32,000 nucleotides of DNA from an uncultured archaeon (GTDB lineage Archaea > Asgardarchaeota > Jordiarchaeia > Jordiarchaeales > Jordiarchaeaceae), in contig CAZECW010000082.1 of NCBI GenBank assembly GCA_964510585.1, positions 3,704 to 35,703 on the forward strand, given 5' to 3'. Both the position numbers and the translations under genes were made by a program. Shown here one piece after another: positions 27,890-32,000 of this stretch (its first letter is position 1; each line of letters opens with the position of its first letter). The notes below the pieces were generated by a model that saw only the letters and a program-made list of their open reading frames with translations, was not told the DNA's origin and did not search any database.

Positions 27890-28447
27890 TTAAATATCGA
27901 CTGTTTCCCCTACTCTGAGAATTCTGCAGTTTATCCCTTTTTTATCTAACCGCTCTTTAAATTCCTCAGCTATGTACCTCTTTTGCTCAGAGAAATGGAA
28001 GGGTACTACCATTTGTGGCTTTATTTTCATAAATGCATTGATGTAATCCTCATAGAAGTCTGGGAAACAGGCAGAAAATACTAGTTTAACACCCCTCACC
28101 TCTGGAAATCTAGCTGAGTCACCCGAATGCAAGATACCCTCATAAAAGTAGCTGACGCTCTCCTCAGACTTCAAACACCAACTCTCCAAAATTTTAACGC
28201 CCTCAAATTCTTTCCCCACTTCCGCCCTGCTTCCCTCAAGACCATACATACTCAAAACAGTGTAGGGCGCAACTAAAGGTGCATTTAGCATTTTGAATTT
28301 TTGAATATCAAAGTGGTCAGGGTGCTCATGTGTCACAAAAACCATTTCCACGCCTTGCTGGGGCTCAATAAGGAAATTTGGATCGATAACAAAGTGCCTC
28401 TTGCCCAGAATTTCCACACAGGAATTACCAAGCCACCTCACTTTCAT
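27890..28447 (-). CDS. MBL-fold metallo-hydrolase (UlaG-like)
   Basis: MKVRWLGNSC, VIDP, THEHPDH (HxHxDH), HSGDS, PFHF. Start ATG 28447. Confidence 0.88.
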   Translation of the reverse strand: MKVRWLGNSCVEILGKRHFVIDPNFLIEPQQGVEMVFVTHEHPDHFDIQKFKMLNAPLVAPYTVLSMYGLEGSRAEVGKEFEGVKILESWCLKSEESVSYFYEGILHSGDSARFPEVRGVKLVFSACFPDFYEDYINAFMKIKPQMVVPFHFSEQKRYIAEEFKERLDKKGINCRILRVGETVDI

Positions 28448-28653
28448 ACTAAAAATTTGAAGAAAAAATAGATATATTTTTTGCCTTTTTTTCCAAAAAT
28501 TCGCGTGAAACATAATTTCATTACATATTTAATTTATTTTGTATTATATAGTATATATAATTTATATGCATCATTAACTTTTAGTTAACCTTATTAGTCA
28601 TGAGGATTAACCGAAAAAACGTCACATTTAGGCCTAGAAAAAGGGGTGATAAT

Positions 28654-29391
28654 TTGTCTACCAAAAAGTATGGTAAACCAAGTCCATACCGATGTATGAA
28701 TTTAGAGGACGCAATACGCGTCCGTAGGTCTATGAGAAGGTTTACTGGCGAACGCGTACCCGACGAAGACATAGAAAGAATACTGGATGCGGGAAGATAC
28801 ACGCCAAGCCCTGAGAATATGCAAATGTACCGGTTTGTGGTAGTAAGAGATGATCAAGAAACAAAGAATTTAATAGCAGACCTAGCCCGGGAAGCGGCTA
28901 AGGAAACCTTTGGAACTTACCCTGCAGAACTAACACAGGGACGCATATGGTATATTCCACCAGACCGTCGCCCCTGGACCTTTACAGAAATGCGGGATGG
29001 AAGCCTCTTTGATTATCCACGGATGGCGGATGTGGTCATAGTTGGTTGTGGCTCGGAATCCTTCCATGACGCCCCAATAATATATCCCCAAAAATTTTTC
29101 GGAGCAATATGTGTGGGCATGGCTATCTACGCAATGTGGCTTATGGCAACCAGCCTAGGCTATGCCGCAGGATACCAAGCCTTCCCAATTATGGATCCTA
29201 GAAGACAGGAGATACTCGCAGACAAGCTAGGAATACCACGCACCTGGGATCCTTTGGCAACTCTGAGTATAGGAATAAGGGCAGAGGATAGGATGATTGG
29301 TCCTTCCAGAATCCCATTGGAGGGCTTATACTACAAGGAAAGATGGGGCAACCCCTGGATAAGAAAAGCCTTTCTTGAGGATGAAGAGTGA
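28654..29391 (+). CDS. Nitroreductase-family flavoprotein with a central insertion
   Basis: AIRVRRSMRRF (FMN phosphate), ILDAGRYTPSPENMQ, MWLMATSLGY, LATLSIG. TTG 28654 follows GGGGTGA. Confidence 0.88.
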   Translation: MSTKKYGKPSPYRCMNLEDAIRVRRSMRRFTGERVPDEDIERILDAGRYTPSPENMQMYRFVVVRDDQETKNLIADLAREAAKETFGTYPAELTQGRIWYIPPDRRPWTFTEMRDGSLFDYPRMADVVIVGCGSESFHDAPIIYPQKFFGAICVGMAIYAMWLMATSLGYAAGYQAFPIMDPRRQEILADKLGIPRTWDPLATLSIGIRAEDRMIGPSRIPLEGLYYKERWGNPWIRKAFLEDEE

Positions 29392-29403
29392 GAGGTGCCC
29401 AAC

Positions 29404-29646
29404 ATGAAAGTTGAAGTTGAATTAGACGACGATGCAGTCAAAGTTCTGAAATCCCACGCTGAAGTTTTGGACGTGTCTCTGGAGACGGTCTGCAAGTTTA
29501 TTCTTGAGGAATACACGAGAAACAAGGGCGGCTACGTTTTCTACGGTGTTGCTCCCAAGGGTGGCAAAATCTTCCTGATTCAGTGGCCCTACATTACCGG
29601 CCAAATCATACTAAGCGCTGAAGAATTAGCGAAATTGTCGAGGTGA
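29404..29646 (+). CDS. Small protein with an N-terminal ribbon-helix-helix-like segment
   Basis: MKVEVEL-DDDAVKVLKSHAEVL-DVSLETVCKFILEEY fits a beta-alpha-alpha pattern. GAGGTG RBS overlaps the upstream stop. Confidence 0.65.
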   Translation: MKVEVELDDDAVKVLKSHAEVLDVSLETVCKFILEEYTRNKGGYVFYGVAPKGGKIFLIQWPYITGQIILSAEELAKLSR

Positions 29647-29650
29647 TTTT

Positions 29651-29935
29651 ATGTCGAAGTATAAAGGTTATGCTCCCGGATCGGAGTTCCTGGCTTATCC
29701 CACCCTAGAAATAGATGATATTGAATACGACTTCTTCCGAAAGGAATCCTCCTCTCTGGGTCAGAGCCTGGTTGAAAACAAGAAGGGAAGAATAGTTATC
29801 CGCTGGGAATTCGAGTTTTATCAGAAGTTTCTTAAGGCTGTTGAGAAGAAATATGGTAACATTTGGGCCAATAATGTGGAAGCCGCAGTTAGAGCCGCAG
29901 TTGAGGATTGGATTAAAAGGGTTGGTGAAAAGTAG
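29651..29935 (+). CDS. Small protein with a C-terminal ribbon-helix-helix-like segment
   Basis: GRIVIRW-EFEFYQKFLKAVEKKYG-NVEAAVRAAVEDWI resembles archaeal RHH proteins. GAGGTGA RBS. Confidence 0.65.
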   Translation: MSKYKGYAPGSEFLAYPTLEIDDIEYDFFRKESSSLGQSLVENKKGRIVIRWEFEFYQKFLKAVEKKYGNIWANNVEAAVRAAVEDWIKRVGEK

Positions 29936-30294
29936 TGGCGTTAAAAGAGTTCCTAGAAAAATTAGCAAAAGACATCAACGCCAAAGCAATGCCTGCCGTG
30001 AAGGAATGGGTTGGCAACCGTTACTATGGAAAAATCATCCAGTTCCAAGTAGGAGACCTTAGCGGGTTCTCAAAAGCATATTATCTAGTGTTCACAAAGA
30101 AGGGGGTAAAGTTCAAAGAGGGTGATTATCCAAGCCCAGAGCTAATTTTCAGATCAGACGAAGCAACCCTTCAAGGCATAATTGAGGGCAAAATTAAGGT
30201 CAGCAAGGTCCGTGACGAGTGGAAGCTCCTAATAATCGGAAATGCACATGAACAATTTCCATTTATGCAAATCGCAGCCTCCGTCCTCCTATAA
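29935..30294 (+). CDS. SCP2 (sterol-carrier-like) lipid-binding domain protein
   Basis: IIQFQV...YYLVF...VKFKEG...PELIFRSDEATLQGIIEGKI...KLLIIGN matches the SCP2 pattern. GTG overlaps the upstream TAG; GGTGA RBS. Confidence 0.75.
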   Translation: MALKEFLEKLAKDINAKAMPAVKEWVGNRYYGKIIQFQVGDLSGFSKAYYLVFTKKGVKFKEGDYPSPELIFRSDEATLQGIIEGKIKVSKVRDEWKLLIIGNAHEQFPFMQIAASVLL

Positions 30295-30584
30295 TCTTCC
30301 TCTCCCACCATTTTTTAATTTAAATTTTTTCAAACAATAATTTTCCGAATCCCTAAATCTCACATATTTTATGTCGATAGTGCAAAAAAGTACCTATCAG
30401 AGGAGCAATGGTGTTTGGGCCTTCACCAAAAGAAGATGGGTTTGAGAAAGAGTTTTAAATTGGCAATTGCGGGATTTTATATGATTTAAGTGACGATTTA
30501 CGGGAGCGCAAACTAAACAGTTCCGTCCAAAAAGGTTCTATTTAAAAGGTTCAATGGATAATCAATGTTTCTGGGGCCCCTGAA

Positions 30585-31181
30585 TTGAGTAGCCTTAACA
30601 TTAGGAGAAAATTGTTTCACAGTTTAGCCTTCGTATTTGCGTTTGTTTATGTGTGGATGGGCTGGTTGCCAGCCGCAGTACTCTCAATATCAACACTGGT
30701 GCTGTTCTCAATAATTGAGATTTGGAGACTCAGAGATCCAGATTTTCCTCTCAACATTATTACTAGGAAATTGGTGAAGCCAGAGGAACAAATCCGGGTG
30801 GCGGGCTACTTCTACTTTGTTCTGGCAGCAACAATTCTCATATTTTTATTTCCCATCTCTACAGTGGTGACCTCCATAGTGGTAGCTGGCGTGGCGGATG
30901 CTGCAGCCGCCTTGGTGGGTATAAAGTGGGGCAAGCACTTTTTCGTGGCAAGAAAAAGAATAAAAACAGTTGAGGGACTCGCCGGTGGAGGGGTAGCTAC
31001 CTTCCTATTAACTCTGGGACTATTGTACTACTTTGGCGGGTTTTATCCCCTTACATCTCTAATTGTGGCAGTGGTATTTGTGGTGCTTGATTACTTGACG
31101 CCGCCAATAGACGACAATTTGCTCAACCCAATTAGCATAGCTGTAACTTTAACCCTCTGTAGATTGGTACTACAAATTTAG
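30585..31181 (+). CDS. CTP-dependent diacylglycerol/polyprenol (dolichol/phytol) kinase family membrane protein
   Basis: RRKLFH, GYFYF, GVADAAAALVGIKWG, KTVEG, IDDNLLNP. Confidence 0.88.
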   Translation: MSSLNIRRKLFHSLAFVFAFVYVWMGWLPAAVLSISTLVLFSIIEIWRLRDPDFPLNIITRKLVKPEEQIRVAGYFYFVLAATILIFLFPISTVVTSIVVAGVADAAAALVGIKWGKHFFVARKRIKTVEGLAGGGVATFLLTLGLLYYFGGFYPLTSLIVAVVFVVLDYLTPPIDDNLLNPISIAVTLTLCRLVLQI

Positions 31182-31201
31182 TCTAAACCAATCCAAACTT
31201 T

Positions 31202-31849
31202 TTAGACAAGAAATATTTTACCTATGCATTTTCCCTCATTTCTCACCAGGGAATAATCGCATTGTTTGCCGGTTACAAGCTGTGCGGCGGCAGTGTAGCA
31301 AATCAGATTCGCGCATTCCCTTCTGCCAGCGACTCTTGAAATTCCTTCTCTATCAAAGGCTTCACAAGAATCTGTGAAGGGGCATTTCTCCACAACCACG
31401 GATACGGTGTCCTCAGATTCTTTTATAAAATGTAGCTGAGCAGCCATATTAACTGATTTGGCGAACTCTTGAGATTTTTCAAGCGCCTCCTTTAGTTCCA
31501 AAGTTTTACCGAGTAGGCCAGATGCCTGCATTAACTGTTTAAGAGCATTTAAACCCGACCTTTTCCAAGCCGCTCCAGTGGCTCCCTCAATTTTACTATC
31601 TGCCTTGGCGTTGCCAAACACCAAAGCGCAGTAACCCCGCGGGTACCTATCCAAATTTTTCAGAATGTAGTTTACGACATCATCAACGGTTTGAATCTCC
31701 GCAGGCGGCGACTCTCCTAGCTTTTCGGCTTCAAACTGCTTCGCGTAATCCACAAGTAACTTAATATAGCTAGGGCCAAAAACTTTACCTACATCTTCAA
31801 AGGACTGCTTTAAGAAAAGAACAGCCAGATTCGCATCTATCATAGACAT
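31202..31849 (-). CDS. Hypothetical protein with C-terminal Cys4 V4R/MetOD1-like domain (paralog of 114..803)
   Basis: CPFTDSC...EC...C. ATG 31849 follows GGGTGA. Aligns along its full length with ORF 114..803. Confidence 0.7.
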   Translation of the reverse strand: MSMIDANLAVLFLKQSFEDVGKVFGPSYIKLLVDYAKQFEAEKLGESPPAEIQTVDDVVNYILKNLDRYPRGYCALVFGNAKADSKIEGATGAAWKRSGLNALKQLMQASGLLGKTLELKEALEKSQEFAKSVNMAAQLHFIKESEDTVSVVVEKCPFTDSCEAFDREGISRVAGRRECANLICYTAAAQLVTGKQCDYSLVRNEGKCIGKIFLV

Positions 31850-31931
31850 CGCTTTCACCCGACACTATGTTCCTCGTTAGTGAATTTTTGTAAAAAAATG
31901 GGGGGGTTAATGGAAAGAAATTTGTACGGGA

Positions 31932-31992
31932 GGGAGGTACCGTTATACCAAAAAGGTGATACACGCCCATGGCGCAAACAACAGTACCTCCC
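31932..31992 (-). other. GC-rich branched stem-loop element
   Basis: Perfect 9-bp IR GGGAGGTAC/GTACCTCCC, extendable to about 15 bp with G-U pairs on the minus strand. Encloses GCGCC-ATG-GGCGT and ACC-TTTTT-GGT hairpins. Confidence 0.55.
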
Positions 31993-32000
31993 ACAGATTA

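Noticed and set aside
29389-29406. Nitroreductase TGA is in frame with the next ORF (possible selenocysteine or read-through fusion)
   Set aside because: The context (EDEE-stop-EVPNM) is not a Cys-homologous redox site, and no SECIS-like structure is evident. GAGGTG overlapping the stop explains it as translational coupling.
739-31994. Numerous 60-196 aa ORFs antisense to or overlapping the called genes (e.g. 1273..1611, 19571..19984, 22200..22691, 25796..26386)
   Set aside because: Shadow or alternate frames of well-supported genes, with no family motifs or RBS.
1-32000. CRISPR array, tRNA or rRNA genes
   Set aside because: No regularly spaced direct repeats, cloverleaf with T-loop/anticodon consensus, or rRNA-like sequence were seen by eye. 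tRNAscan-SE and Infernal were not run.

Overview
Archaeal genomic DNA. Evidence: TATA/BRE-like promoters, GGAGG/GGTGA ribosome-binding sites, oligo-T terminators, an archaeal-type ATP-dependent DNA ligase and a Prx6 peroxiredoxin. An Asgard-like lineage (Jordarchaeia/Freyarchaeia-like) is plausible from the stand-alone 7TM protein and the V4R-like paralogs, but there is no marker gene, so this is inference only. About 27 CDS. They include a 12-kb alpha-glucan/trehalose cluster (glgP divergent from treS-mak, glgB, GH57/DUF3536, malQ) and an oxidative-stress block (Fur/PerR x2 around a peroxiredoxin, with OsmC and FprA nearby). Also present are DNA ligase, a tandem PaaK-like pair, an ADP-forming acyl-CoA synthetase alpha subunit, a nitroreductase-RHH-RHH-SCP2 operon, two alpha/beta hydrolases, DUF72, an MBL hydrolase, a polyprenol/DAG kinase-like protein and two paralogous Cys4 V4R-like proteins at the window ends. 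No rRNA, tRNA or CRISPR array was seen. Most notable observations: (1) the maltokinase domain lacks its catalytic Asp, in a cluster with no glgE; (2) glgB appears to start at ATT and is in frame with the treS TAG; (3) a P-loop-less, truncated PaaK paralog sits next to a complete one; (4) a 134-bp MITE has 19-bp TIRs and a GTAG target duplication; (5) two GC-rich hairpin elements each begin 5 nt after a (putative) stop codon and share CCATGGG.
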